Under the pieces are notes generated by a model. That model was not told the DNA's origin and searched no databases. It saw only the letters and a program-made list of their open reading frames with translations. A stretch of 59,833 nt of DNA from Terriglobia bacterium (GTDB lineage: Bacteria > Acidobacteriota > Terriglobia > 20CM-2-55-15): positions 1-59,833 of the forward strand of contig JBGPBY010000001.1 of the NCBI GenBank assembly GCA_041481485.1, written 5' to 3'. How positions within the stretch are numbered: position 1 is the stretch's first letter; each line of letters starts with the position of its first letter. The position numbers were made by a program, and so were the translations under genes. This document shows, in pieces, positions 23,667 to 33,011 of this stretch.

Positions 23667-26600
23667 CTAAGCAATCTCCCGCAAGACTTCGCCGATGTTG
23701 GAAAACAGATCGGACCGCGACGACGTTCGAGTTAATCGGAGCGTTGCGGGGGGCGAGAACGTCAGTCCGTCACCCCGTCCGACAAGTTCCACCACCCGTT
23801 CCGGATCAATGCGCGCCGTTTCATGGAAACGGATGTCGATTCCGTGAACATTTCTTTCGATGGACGTCACTCCCAAAACACGGCCGAGGATGCGGAGCCT
23901 TGCATATTCCAGAAGATTCCGTACCTGGGGTGGAAGCTCACCCAGCCGGTCTTCCAAATCCCGATACAATGCATCAATTTCCGGCTCAGACCGCGCGGAC
24001 GCGATTTGTTTATAGACGCGCAGACGTTGCAATTCGTCGTCTATAAAATCCGCAGGAATCCTCAAATCCACCTTCAGGCTGATGGCGGTCTCCACTTCCG
24101 GTAGTTCCAGGCCAGTCCGCAATTCCTCGACCGTCCGTTCAAGAAGCTGGCAATACAGGTCGAAGCCGATGGCTTCGATATGCCCATGTTGCTGTCCTCC
24201 CAACAGGTTACCGGCACCTCTCAATTCCAGGTCGAGGGCGGCGATGCGAAACCCGGCTCCCAATTCGCTGAATTCCTGGATGGCCGCGAGGCGCCGCCGG
24301 GCAATGGGTGTCAGCGAGTCATCAGACGGGATCAACAAATAGGCGTAAGCACGCCGATTCGAGCGCCCAACCCTGCCCCGAAGCTGGTACAGCTGAGACA
24401 GGCCGAATTTATCGGCCCGATTGACGACAAGTGTATTGGCTAGAGGGATATCGAGACCGTTTTCGACAATCGTTGTGGCGACCAGGACATCGAATTCGTG
24501 ATGCATGAATTTCGTCATAATCGATTCGAGTTCCTTCTCGCTCATCTGCGCGTGCCCGACGCCCACACGCGCCTGGGGACAAAGCCGGCGGATTAAATCC
24601 GCGAGCGAATAAATGGACTCCACTCGATTGTGAACGACATAGACCTGCCCCTTGCGCTCAAGTTCAAAGTTGACGGCGTTTTCGATGACGATAGGACGAA
24701 ACTTCACAACGACGGTTTGAATCGCAAGTCTGTCGCGCGGCGGGGTTTCAATTACGGACATGTCGCGAAGACCGCTGAGAGCCATGTTCAGGGTCCGGGG
24801 AATCGGAGTAGCCGTCATGGTCAGGACGTCGACCTGCGTCTTCATTTGCTTCAGACGCTCCTTGTGGGCCACGCCGAAACGCTGCTCTTCGTCGACTACC
24901 ATCAGGCCCAAATCCTGGAAGCGGAGGTCCTTCGACAGCAATCGGTGTGTTCCGATGACAATATGGACCCTTCCGGCTTCCACCTCTTCCAGGATTGCCT
25001 TCTGTTCCTTTGGTCCGACAAAACGGCTGAGCATGGCGATTTTCACGGGAAATGCCGCAAACCGTTCCTTAAAAGTTTCGAAATGCTGAAAACACAGGAT
25101 TGTCGTTGGAGCGAGAACGGCAACCTGTTTTCCATCTGAAACCGCCTTGAACGCCGCGCGCATGGCGACTTCGGTCTTGCCGTAGCCGACATCGCCGCAT
25201 AACAAGCGGTCCATCGGAATGGGATTCTCCATGTCCTTCTTGATGTCCGCGACTGCCGTCAACTGGTCTGGAGTTTCTTCGTACTGAAACGCGTCTTCAA
25301 ATTCCTTTTGCCATTCGGTGTCTTCCGAAAACGCGAAACCGTTTCCGACTTTGCGCTGGGCATAGAGCTTCAGCAATTCCTGCGCCATGTCCCGAATGGC
25401 GCGTTTGACGCGGGTCTTGCGGGCAATCCATGTAGTACCTCCCAACTTGTCGAGCTGAGGTTTTGCTCCTTCGGAAGAGGAGTACTTCTGTACCAGATCG
25501 AGACGCTCCAGGGGAACAAACAGCCGGTCATCCCCCTGATAATGAATCATCATGCACTCGCGGTCGTGAACAAGCGCGATGCCGTGATAAGTGCCGATGC
25601 CATGATCGATGTGAACAACGTAATCTCCCGGCTTCAGATCCTGCAGATCTGAAATAAACGCCGACATTTTCTGCCGTCGTCGATGAGGACTCGCGAGCCG
25701 TTCGGTTTCATCGAAAATGTCGCCTTCGGCATAGATTTCCAGCCCGGCATCCGGCAAGCGCATGCCGGAACTCAATCGGCCAATACCTACAATTGGCGCC
25801 AGCGCTTCTTCGGAAACCCGCATCGGTTGTTCGCCAAATTCCAGACGGAAGGGAATGTCATACTCATGAAGGAGATCCCGCAGACGCTCGGCCATTCCCA
25901 GCGTGCCCGCCAGAAGAATGACTTGATTGCCACTGGTGAATGAGGCACGCACCCCTTCCGCCATGTCCTTCACGCGGCCATGCCATTTGGTGACTGGCTG
26001 CGAATGAACATGAAATCTGGAACCGCTGCCGGTGTCACTGGTTCCCAGTTGTTCCACAAAAATTCTCCGGTGCTGAGCATGCGGCTTGAGGAAGTCCTCC
26101 AGACTGAGAAAAAACTTCTCGGGCGGCAGTGCAACAACTCCCGAAGAAATGGATTGTTCGTATCGGTGCAGCATGAGCGCCAGAAATTTCTCGTGTTCCT
26201 CTTTGAGAATTTCGGGTTCATCCAGAATGAGAACGCAGGCAGGGATGTAATCCAATATCGTCGATTCAAGAGGAGCCCCGAGGGTCAGGAGGTATTCAGC
26301 CCCGGGAAACATCGCGCCTCCGTCCGCCAGATCTGTCTTCTCCGCCAGATCGCGATGGAACTTCTCGTCGTTCCACTGCTCCTTCGCAAGCGCGCTCCAG
26401 TGCCGAAGCAGGCCACGATCGGAGATCACATCCTGCATCGGCAGGATATCGATGCGCTGGACCGGCCCGCTGGACCGTTGATCATCCAGATCGAATTCGC
26501 GAAGCGAATCCACCGTGTCACCGAAGAACTCAATGCGCACAGGATTGCGCATCAGCGGAGAGAACACGTCCACAATACCGCCACGAACCGAATACTCACC

Positions 26601-27164
26601 GGATCCGGATACGGGCTCCTGGCGTAGATATCCTGCATTGCTCAAATGCTCTACAAGGAGCTCCTGGGATAACTCGTCGCCCATTGCAATGTGCAGACTG
26701 AAACTGTCGAATTGTGCCGGTGACGCCAGACGGGTACTGATCGATTGAAGCGATGCAACGACAATGTCGGTTTGCTTTTGACGCAACTGCCAGAGTGTCG
26801 TGGCTCTCGCCTGCTGAATATCGGCGTGTGGCGGCAGTCCTGCATAAGGATCGGCCTCCCAGGCGGGAAAGGCTGAAACTCGGCTGATACCTCCGGCGGC
26901 ATTCGGGCTGTTGATTGTGGAATGAAAATAATCGAGATCGGCACAGAAATCCGGAATATCGCGGTCATGTGCGGTAACGACAATGACCGGGCGCCGCACG
27001 AGGTTCCACAGCCTGGCAACAAAGAGAGCGCGCGCACTTCCGGACAGTCCGGCGACAAGAACATCCGTATCGCCGCGAAAAGCCTCGGCCGTGATGTTCC
27101 GGAAGTCGGCTAGATCGGAAATCCGTGAAAGTAAATTCGGAATGCGTTTCTCAGGGGCGTCCAT
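23667..27164 (-). CDS. mfd: transcription-repair coupling factor
   Basis: 1165 aa. Helicase motifs LLCGDVGYGKTEVA, DEEQRFGV and TATPIPRT. The TRG-type C-terminal region is present. Confidence 0.95.
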   Translation of the reverse strand: MDAPEKRIPNLLSRISDLADFRNITAEAFRGDTDVLVAGLSGSARALFVARLWNLVRRPVIVVTAHDRDIPDFCADLDYFHSTINSPNAAGGISRVSAFPAWEADPYAGLPPHADIQQARATTLWQLRQKQTDIVVASLQSISTRLASPAQFDSFSLHIAMGDELSQELLVEHLSNAGYLRQEPVSGSGEYSVRGGIVDVFSPLMRNPVRIEFFGDTVDSLREFDLDDQRSSGPVQRIDILPMQDVISDRGLLRHWSALAKEQWNDEKFHRDLAEKTDLADGGAMFPGAEYLLTLGAPLESTILDYIPACVLILDEPEILKEEHEKFLALMLHRYEQSISSGVVALPPEKFFLSLEDFLKPHAQHRRIFVEQLGTSDTGSGSRFHVHSQPVTKWHGRVKDMAEGVRASFTSGNQVILLAGTLGMAERLRDLLHEYDIPFRLEFGEQPMRVSEEALAPIVGIGRLSSGMRLPDAGLEIYAEGDIFDETERLASPHRRRQKMSAFISDLQDLKPGDYVVHIDHGIGTYHGIALVHDRECMMIHYQGDDRLFVPLERLDLVQKYSSSEGAKPQLDKLGGTTWIARKTRVKRAIRDMAQELLKLYAQRKVGNGFAFSEDTEWQKEFEDAFQYEETPDQLTAVADIKKDMENPIPMDRLLCGDVGYGKTEVAMRAAFKAVSDGKQVAVLAPTTILCFQHFETFKERFAAFPVKIAMLSRFVGPKEQKAILEEVEAGRVHIVIGTHRLLSKDLRFQDLGLMVVDEEQRFGVAHKERLKQMKTQVDVLTMTATPIPRTLNMALSGLRDMSVIETPPRDRLAIQTVVVKFRPIVIENAVNFELERKGQVYVVHNRVESIYSLADLIRRLCPQARVGVGHAQMSEKELESIMTKFMHHEFDVLVATTIVENGLDIPLANTLVVNRADKFGLSQLYQLRGRVGRSNRRAYAYLLIPSDDSLTPIARRRLAAIQEFSELGAGFRIAALDLELRGAGNLLGGQQHGHIEAIGFDLYCQLLERTVEELRTGLELPEVETAISLKVDLRIPADFIDDELQRLRVYKQIASARSEPEIDALYRDLEDRLGELPPQVRNLLEYARLRILGRVLGVTSIERNVHGIDIRFHETARIDPERVVELVGRGDGLTFSPPATLRLTRTSSRSDLFSNIGEVLREIA

Positions 27165-27181
27165 TACGGGTTGGCTCGAAT

Positions 27182-27733
27182 TCAGCGGGTTGCCGATTCC
27201 AATCCTCGGAGCACTCGATCGATAACGTTGGTGGTGGACTGACCCTCGACAAGCGGGAGCGCCTCCACCCGGCCTCCCCAGCTTTCAACTTCTTTCTGGC
27301 CGACGATATTGCTTGTCCAGTCCGCACCCTTGACCAGAATATCAGGCCGGATCGTCAATATCGCCTCCAGAGGTGTATCTTCATCGAAGGTGCAGACGAA
27401 ATCGACCATTTCCAGTGCACTCAAAATTTCCGTGCGTTCTGTTTCGGGAAAGACCGGCCGCGATGTCCCTTTCAGACGGCGGACCGAAGCGTCACTGTTG
27501 ATCGCGACCACCAGCACATCGCCCAGGCTGCGGGCACGGCGCAGCAGATCGATATGTCCCGGATGAAGAATGTCGAAGCAGCCGTTGGTGAAAACAACAC
27601 GCTTCCCCTGACCCTGCAGGCGACGTACTTCCTGACCAATGGATTCTCGCGATGGAATGGGATGAATGGAATGCACCGTTTGAAACCTTTGAAACGCTAG
27701 TATAGCATCGCCAATTGTGCGGCCATGGCTCAC
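27182..27733 (-). CDS. D-beta-D-heptose 1-phosphate adenylyltransferase (RfaE domain II-like cytidylyltransferase)
   Basis: [20 protein letters not shown]...[17 protein letters not shown] is the typical HldE C-domain pattern. Confidence 0.85.
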   Translation of the reverse strand: MSHGRTIGDAILAFQRFQTVHSIHPIPSRESIGQEVRRLQGQGKRVVFTNGCFDILHPGHIDLLRRARSLGDVLVVAINSDASVRRLKGTSRPVFPETERTEILSALEMVDFVCTFDEDTPLEAILTIRPDILVKGADWTSNIVGQKEVESWGGRVEALPLVEGQSTTNVIDRVLRGLESATR

Positions 27734-29087
27734 CGTTCTCCTTGTCGCGATCCTCGTACTGCTCGCCGGCTTGAATTCCAGAATCTCGGGTTTGCGTGAA
27801 CGCGGTGTTTTTCGAACGGACCCACCCTCGCCCTACTTCCACTATTCACCGAGAGGTTCCGAACGCCAGAAGGTGCTTGTCGTCCACGGCCTCAATGCCA
27901 ACAAGGAGATGATGAACCTGTTGTGCTTCGCCTTGTCGGATGCGGGTTTCGATGTTTATTCGATCGATCTCCCCGGGCACGGCGATTCAGAAACCCCGTT
28001 TAATGCCCTCATCGCTCGGAAGGCAGTCGCTGCGGCACTCGATTCCCTGGGACCAGATACCGCGGTTATTGGACACTCTTTGGGTGCCACTCTGCTTCTC
28101 GATATCGCAAATGACCGCCCACTACCTTCGATGGTTCTCTTGTCGCCCGCCCCGACACCACTGGATCAGATTCACTCGGATCACGTCCTGGTGATGACGG
28201 GACAGTTCGACCTCCCAAGAATTCCACTCTTTGTGCCTCGAATCGAGGACACGGCCGGCATCAGCGATTTCCAGAAGAAAACGATCTCGTGGTCCGGTCA
28301 CTCCGCTTACGTGCTTCGTCCGGAAGCCATTCGAACCGTCGTGGCGTGGCTGGGAGGTGATCCCACTCGCATTCGAACTGCGAACCGGCTTGTTATTGTG
28401 ATTCTGGAATTGATCATCCTGGTTGCAATTCCTTTGTTGTGGTTATGCGGCGAGCCGGCTGGCTCAACGGTTGTCCAAGGGGGACTTCTGCTGCTCTGCT
28501 ATATCGCCGCAAGCGCGGTCGCCTTTTTCGTTTCTGCCATCGTCGTTGTGCTGCGCTTCCTGCATCTCTTTGCGACGGACTATCTCATCAGCTTCGCGTT
28601 TCTCACGGGATTGGCGCTTTTGCCGGCATCGCTGCGAAAGTCGCCTCTAAAACTTTCCAATACCCACGTGGGCGGTCTTTCCGCGTTATACGTGATTGCC
28701 GCTGGGGGATTCATCGTCTCGGAGCACGTACATCTGACACTTTCGGACGGACGCTGGTGGCGATTCCTGGTGATGACCCTCGCACTGGTACCCCTGTCGT
28801 TTGCAGACGAAGTTCTTCTGAGACCAATTCGTCCGTGGTGGAAGGCCGCAGGTGCTGCTGCGCTGACCCGCATTCTAATGGCTGCCTTCGCAATTACAGG
28901 AGCAATGACGACCAATCGCGACGATGCGTTCATCGTGTTGATCGTTCATCTTGTAGTCGTGTTCTGGATCGGCCTCTGGCTTGCCGGAGAATGGGTCTGG
29001 CGGCGCTGCGGAAATCCGCTTGCAGCTGCAGGATTTTCCGCCATTGTGCAGGCATGGGTGTTCGCGGCGGTCTTCGTCTTGCAGTAA
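27717..29087 (+). CDS. alpha/beta hydrolase fused to a polytopic membrane domain
   Basis: N-terminal TM segment. Hydrolase core [10 protein letters not shown]...DLPGHGDS...IGHSLGAT. About 230 aa with 7-8 predicted hydrophobic helices follow. The GTG start is uncertain. Confidence 0.7.
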   Translation: MRPWLTVLLVAILVLLAGLNSRISGLRERGVFRTDPPSPYFHYSPRGSERQKVLVVHGLNANKEMMNLLCFALSDAGFDVYSIDLPGHGDSETPFNALIARKAVAAALDSLGPDTAVIGHSLGATLLLDIANDRPLPSMVLLSPAPTPLDQIHSDHVLVMTGQFDLPRIPLFVPRIEDTAGISDFQKKTISWSGHSAYVLRPEAIRTVVAWLGGDPTRIRTANRLVIVILELIILVAIPLLWLCGEPAGSTVVQGGLLLLCYIAASAVAFFVSAIVVVLRFLHLFATDYLISFAFLTGLALLPASLRKSPLKLSNTHVGGLSALYVIAAGGFIVSEHVHLTLSDGRWWRFLVMTLALVPLSFADEVLLRPIRPWWKAAGAAALTRILMAAFAITGAMTTNRDDAFIVLIVHLVVVFWIGLWLAGEWVWRRCGNPLAAAGFSAIVQAWVFAAVFVLQ

Positions 29088-29150
29088 TTGCCAAACGCGC
29101 CTTTGGACGTGGTTTGGAAAGAAATTGGTTTCGGTCGAGATTTCATGTTC

Positions 29151-29187
29151 CCAATGTAGGGGCGGTCTATGACCGCCCCTACATTGG
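29151..29187. repeat. repeat family A, solitary hairpin unit (copy A2)
   Basis: CCAATGTAGGGGCGGTC-TAT-GACCGCCCCTACATTGG is a perfect 17-bp stem with a 3-nt loop. Confidence 0.85.
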
Positions 29188-29254
29188 GGAATCATTTGGT
29201 GAGAACTCGGCAGTAATCATATGATTTGGGCTGGATGTTCGGGGGTAGATATTC

Positions 29255-31123
29255 ATGATGAAGTATCTTCTGGTGGCAATACTGACGCTTGCTTCGCAAC
29301 AGGCGCCATCTCAGAGCAAAGCCGTCCTTGAAGGACGAATTCTGCATGCGGGATCAACGGCGCCAATTCCCAACGTTCAAGTCACACTGGTGGGCCAGGC
29401 CGCGGCGGGGACGGTGACTCCTGATCTTGCCGCCAGAATTCAATCGCTAACTGACAGCGGCAACCAATTGGGAGTTGGTCAGGCGGCGATAGACAACGCC
29501 ATCGCCAATCTCCAGGCCAATTCCCCCGGTTCGCAGACTTCAGTTTTGACGGATATCTCGGGACGCTTCACATTTAGAGACCTTGCTCCGGGCAGATACA
29601 CCATTCGTGCGACGGGCGAAGGATTTTTTGGTCCTCCGGTAAATGGGACCTCTCCGACTCAGATCAGCAAAGTGATCACGATTGAAGCGCAAAAACCGGT
29701 TACTCCGGTGGAACTGTTCATGGTAAAGGGCGCCGTGATCAGCGGCCGTATTCGCGATCCCAACGGCCAGCCGGTTTCGGGCGTGACCATTGCGGCCACG
29801 CGGGTGACTTACACCAACGGTCGCGCCCAGTGGACCACAGTGAGTTCCAAAGCAACCGATGACCGTGGAGAGTATCGGATTTTCTGGGTGGCACCCGGGA
29901 ACTACAATGTCGGTACTCTCGCTCGTACCATATCCTCAATTCCAAACCCCCAGGACTCCTGGGCAAGGACATTCTTCCCCGGAGTAAGCGACACATCATC
30001 GGCAACGGTTCTCAACGTCAAGGACGGCGAGGACCTGACAGGAATTGACTTCACGATTCAAACGCTCCCTCAAAATACTTTGTTCAAAATCTCCGGGAGA
30101 GCCATCAATCCGTTCGCGGTTCCAAATACGAATACCGGAGCCGTCGATCGTGGTTTGAGCTCATTCATGCTGGCTCCACGCGAGCCCGGCATCCTGGATT
30201 CCCCGAATCCGCCGTCGGTGCAAAATGCATTGCCCGTCCAGTCAAGGCCCAACGGTGAATTTGAAATACGGAATGTGCATCAGGGCTCTTACGACTTGAT
30301 TGCATACTTCCAGCCTCTAGTCGCCGCACCTGTACCCAGCCCTCCACCGGCAGCCCCGCCGCTTCCCGGCGTACCTCCGCCACCTCCGCCTCCTCCACCC
30401 GTTCGCAGATATGACATCGCACGGGCTCGCGTGGAAGTACGCAATTCGGATGTGGAGGGAGTGCAGCTGACGATTCAAAAAGGCTCGGACGTCCGGGGGC
30501 AGGTGACAAATCAATCGGCCACGCCCATCGCTCTCGAGAAGCTTCGAATCAATTTTCGTTCTCAGGACGTCATTCCGGAGACATTCGTCACCATCATTGG
30601 CTCGATCCCTGTCGATTCCACCGGATCGTTCTCAGTCCAGGACGTGCTTGCAGCAAGGGTGAGTCTTCAGGTGACCGGACTACCGGATACCGCATACGTT
30701 GCCGATATCCGGCTGGGTGGCGTCAGCGTTATCGATTCCGGACTGATTTTCGATAACCAACCCATGACGAATTTGGAAATCCTCGTCAATGGAAGCGGCG
30801 GAGCGGTAGAAGGTATGGTTCAAAACTCAGATCGTAAGCCAGCCGCCAATGCCACGGTGGCCCTGGTTCCGTCCGAAACTCATCGCCTGAATCCGATGAT
30901 GTTTAAGAATGTCCAAAGCGACGAAATGGGTCACTTTCTTGTTAAAGGCTTGGCTCCGGGGGATTACACGATCTATGCATGGGAAAGTGTGCTTCCTACG
31001 GCATGGATGAATGCCGAATTCCTTGCGAAGTACCAGGGCCGGGGACACGCCATCCGTGCTACCTCAGGCAGCCGGTCTGATACGCAGCTGGATCTGATTC
31101 CCGACGAGACAATCCGGCGGTAA
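29255..31123 (+). CDS. secreted carboxypeptidase-regulatory-like (CarboxypepD_reg / Ig-like) repeat protein with a proline-rich hinge
   Basis: Signal peptide MMKYLLVAILTLASQQAPSQ. Repeated G.V.D..G.P...V.V motifs (e.g. GRILHAGSTAPIPNVQVTL, GRIRDPNGQPVSGVTIAA, GMVQNSDRKPAANATVAL). Pro tract at aa 358-382. Confidence 0.75.
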   Translation: MMKYLLVAILTLASQQAPSQSKAVLEGRILHAGSTAPIPNVQVTLVGQAAAGTVTPDLAARIQSLTDSGNQLGVGQAAIDNAIANLQANSPGSQTSVLTDISGRFTFRDLAPGRYTIRATGEGFFGPPVNGTSPTQISKVITIEAQKPVTPVELFMVKGAVISGRIRDPNGQPVSGVTIAATRVTYTNGRAQWTTVSSKATDDRGEYRIFWVAPGNYNVGTLARTISSIPNPQDSWARTFFPGVSDTSSATVLNVKDGEDLTGIDFTIQTLPQNTLFKISGRAINPFAVPNTNTGAVDRGLSSFMLAPREPGILDSPNPPSVQNALPVQSRPNGEFEIRNVHQGSYDLIAYFQPLVAAPVPSPPPAAPPLPGVPPPPPPPPPVRRYDIARARVEVRNSDVEGVQLTIQKGSDVRGQVTNQSATPIALEKLRINFRSQDVIPETFVTIIGSIPVDSTGSFSVQDVLAARVSLQVTGLPDTAYVADIRLGGVSVIDSGLIFDNQPMTNLEILVNGSGGAVEGMVQNSDRKPAANATVALVPSETHRLNPMMFKNVQSDEMGHFLVKGLAPGDYTIYAWESVLPTAWMNAEFLAKYQGRGHAIRATSGSRSDTQLDLIPDETIRR

Positions 31124-31136
31124 GGCCGATTCCGCC

Positions 31137-31216
31137 TGTAGGGGCGGTCTATGACCGCCCGCAATTCGGAGGAATGCAGGCCTCTCCATTGTGGGCGGTC
31201 ATAGACCGCCCCTACA
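31137..31216. repeat. repeat family A, full 80-bp double-hairpin unit (copy A3)
   Basis: TGTAGGGGCGGTCTATGACCGCCCGCAATT, a 20-nt spacer, then CATTGTGGGCGGTCATAGACCGCCCCTACA. It is additionally flanked by ATTCCGCC / GGCGGAAT (31129-31224). Confidence 0.85.
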
Positions 31217-31307
31217 GGCGGAATCGCATTCATTCACTTGACTCAATGGGTCATTCGGCAATCGCACCAACTACATTACACATCGGACAACTCAAATTTG
31301 AACCCGC

Positions 31308-31336
31308 TTGACCGCTTTTCGTCATCCCTGTATAAA
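31308..31336 (+). promoter_or_regulatory. sigma70 promoter of argC-argB-GNAT
   Basis: TTGACC (31308-31313), a 17-nt spacer, then TATAAA (31331-31336). The argC ATG is only 11 nt downstream of the -10 and there is no Shine-Dalgarno sequence. Confidence 0.5.
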
Positions 31337-31364
31337 TATTCATTGGTATGAATAATTATTCGGT
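31327..31364. promoter_or_regulatory. tandem ARG boxes (ArgR operator) at argC
   Basis: Box 1 is CCTGTATAAATATTCATT (31327-31344) and box 2 is TATGAATAATTATTCGGT (31347-31364), compared with the consensus TNTGAATWWWWATTCANW. They are separated by 2 bp. Box 1 covers the -10 and box 2 covers the ATG and codons 1-6. Confidence 0.55.
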
Positions 31365-32319
31365 CGCTATTATTGGCGTCACAGGATATTCGGGCCGCGA
31401 GGCCGACCGCCTGTTGAAAACTCACCCTTCAGTTCGAGTCAGCGGACGATTCACTTCAAAAGGTGATGGTTCGGCGATACAGGCCTACAGCCTGGCAGCG
31501 GTCAAACAAGCCCGCCCGGACATTGTAATTACGGCAACAGAGCATGACATCTCCCTGCGCATTGTTCCCGAACTGGCTACCGAGGGCTTACGCGTAATCG
31601 ACATGAGTGGCGCCTTTCGCATGAAGGATCCAGCAATCTATCCGAAGTGGTACGGGTTTGAACACACGGCACAGGAGCTGCTTCAACAGTGTGTCTATGG
31701 GATGCCGGAACTGAATGCGGACAAAGTCAGGACAGCGCAGGTGGTTGCAAATCCCGGATGCTACGCCACATCGGTGATATTACCGCTGTCACCGTTGTAC
31801 TGCTCCGGTGTGATTTCACCGGATTCTCTGGTGGTTATCGACGGGAAGTCCGGGGTTTCCGGCGCGGGACGCCATCCCAAACTGGAGACTCACTTTTGTG
31901 AAGTAAACGAAAACCTGAAAGCGTACGGCGTGTTGCGGCATCGGCACACACCGGAAATGCTCTCGTACCTTCCAAAAGCGCTGGCGGAAAATTTTGTCTT
32001 TACGCCTCACCTGATTCCCATCACCCGCGGGATTCTGAGCACCATTGTGTTCCAGCATGCGGAAGGGACTTCTGCTCGATCGGCATTAAGCGCGGCTTAT
32101 GCGGAGTCGCCATTCGTCAAAATAAGTCCGGAGGGAACATTGCCGGATATTCATGGCGTGGTCTTCAGCAATGATTGCCATATCGGCATTGCAACTTCCG
32201 GAACTCGAACAGTTATTGTCTCCGCGATCGACAATCTCGTCAAAGGCGCAGCAGGTCAGGCCATTCAGAACCTGAATCTCATGCTGGGTCTCGATGCCAC
32301 TGCGGGGCTGGTGCAGTGA
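31348..32319 (+). CDS. argC: N-acetyl-gamma-glutamyl-phosphate reductase
   Basis: IIGVTGYSG.E..RLL..HP and the active-site segment VANPGCYATS. Confidence 0.9.
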   Translation: MNNYSVAIIGVTGYSGREADRLLKTHPSVRVSGRFTSKGDGSAIQAYSLAAVKQARPDIVITATEHDISLRIVPELATEGLRVIDMSGAFRMKDPAIYPKWYGFEHTAQELLQQCVYGMPELNADKVRTAQVVANPGCYATSVILPLSPLYCSGVISPDSLVVIDGKSGVSGAGRHPKLETHFCEVNENLKAYGVLRHRHTPEMLSYLPKALAENFVFTPHLIPITRGILSTIVFQHAEGTSARSALSAAYAESPFVKISPEGTLPDIHGVVFSNDCHIGIATSGTRTVIVSAIDNLVKGAAGQAIQNLNLMLGLDATAGLVQ

Positions 32320-33011
32320 GCGCGATTACAGCCGTTAAGATCGGCGGCGCCCTGCTGGAGAACCCCGACTCCGCTGTGTCGCGCATTCTCGCTGTCGGCG
32401 CGGCGAGAATGGCCATAGTGCATGGCGGCGGCGTGCAGATCACACGAATGCTTGCGACGTTGAACGTGAAGTCCGAATTTATCGATGGTTTGCGGGTGAC
32501 CAGCGAGGAAGCGCTTGATGCCGTCTCTGCGGCCCTTTTGGGAGAAGTTCATACCTCACTGGTCATGGCGCTTCAAAAGGCCGGAATACCGGCAGTCGGA
32601 GTCTTCGGGACCGTACGGGCAGAGAAGAAATCCGGACCGTGGGGGCTCGTCGGCACCAACGTGCGTGCGGATCGCGACACGCTGCTCCATATCATCGAAG
32701 GCGGACACGTTCCGGTAGTTCCGACGCTTGCAATCGGCGACGGGACGCTCCTGAATGTCAACGGCGATGAAACCGCTGCAGCTGTCGCTCTGGCATTATC
32801 GGCGCACCGGCTGGTGTTTCTGACGGATGTCGAAGGAGTATTGGATTCCGATCGCGCGGTGATTTCACGCGTCCCGCGTGAAATGTCGTTGCAGAATGCG
32901 CCGTTCGTCAGTGGAGGAATGAAGCCAAAACTGCGGGCGGTCGAATCGGCATTGGCCGGCGGTGTCGCGAGCGTTTCCGTGGGACGTACGGTATTCGGAG
33001 ACCCGCAATGA
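32316..33011 (+). CDS. argB: acetylglutamate kinase (short form, 231 aa)
   Basis: The GTG at 32316 overlaps the argC stop (GTGA). VKIGGALLE...IVHGGGVQI...FIDGLRVT...VNGDETAAAVA motifs. The ORF upstream of 32316 overlaps argC. Confidence 0.85.
   Translation: MSAITAVKIGGALLENPDSAVSRILAVGAARMAIVHGGGVQITRMLATLNVKSEFIDGLRVTSEEALDAVSAALLGEVHTSLVMALQKAGIPAVGVFGTVRAEKKSGPWGLVGTNVRADRDTLLHIIEGGHVPVVPTLAIGDGTLLNVNGDETAAAVALALSAHRLVFLTDVEGVLDSDRAVISRVPREMSLQNAPFVSGGMKPKLRAVESALAGGVASVSVGRTVFGDPQ

Noticed and set aside
22752-23735. 327-aa + strand ORF over the SurA-like gene
   Set aside because: It is antisense to a gene with a signal peptide, an RBS and a parvulin motif. The composition (F/L/R-rich) is not protein-like.
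28439-29224. 261-aa alternative + frame inside the hydrolase-membrane fusion gene
   Set aside because: It is Arg/Cys-rich with no hydrophobic periodicity. The 27717-29087 frame gives clean TM helices.
29151-31224. Could the GGGCGGTC-containing repeats be a CRISPR array?
   Set aside because: The units are palindromic and inverted relative to each other. They are separated by 20 nt within an element and by about 2 kb of coding sequence between elements. There are no regular spacers and no cas genes.
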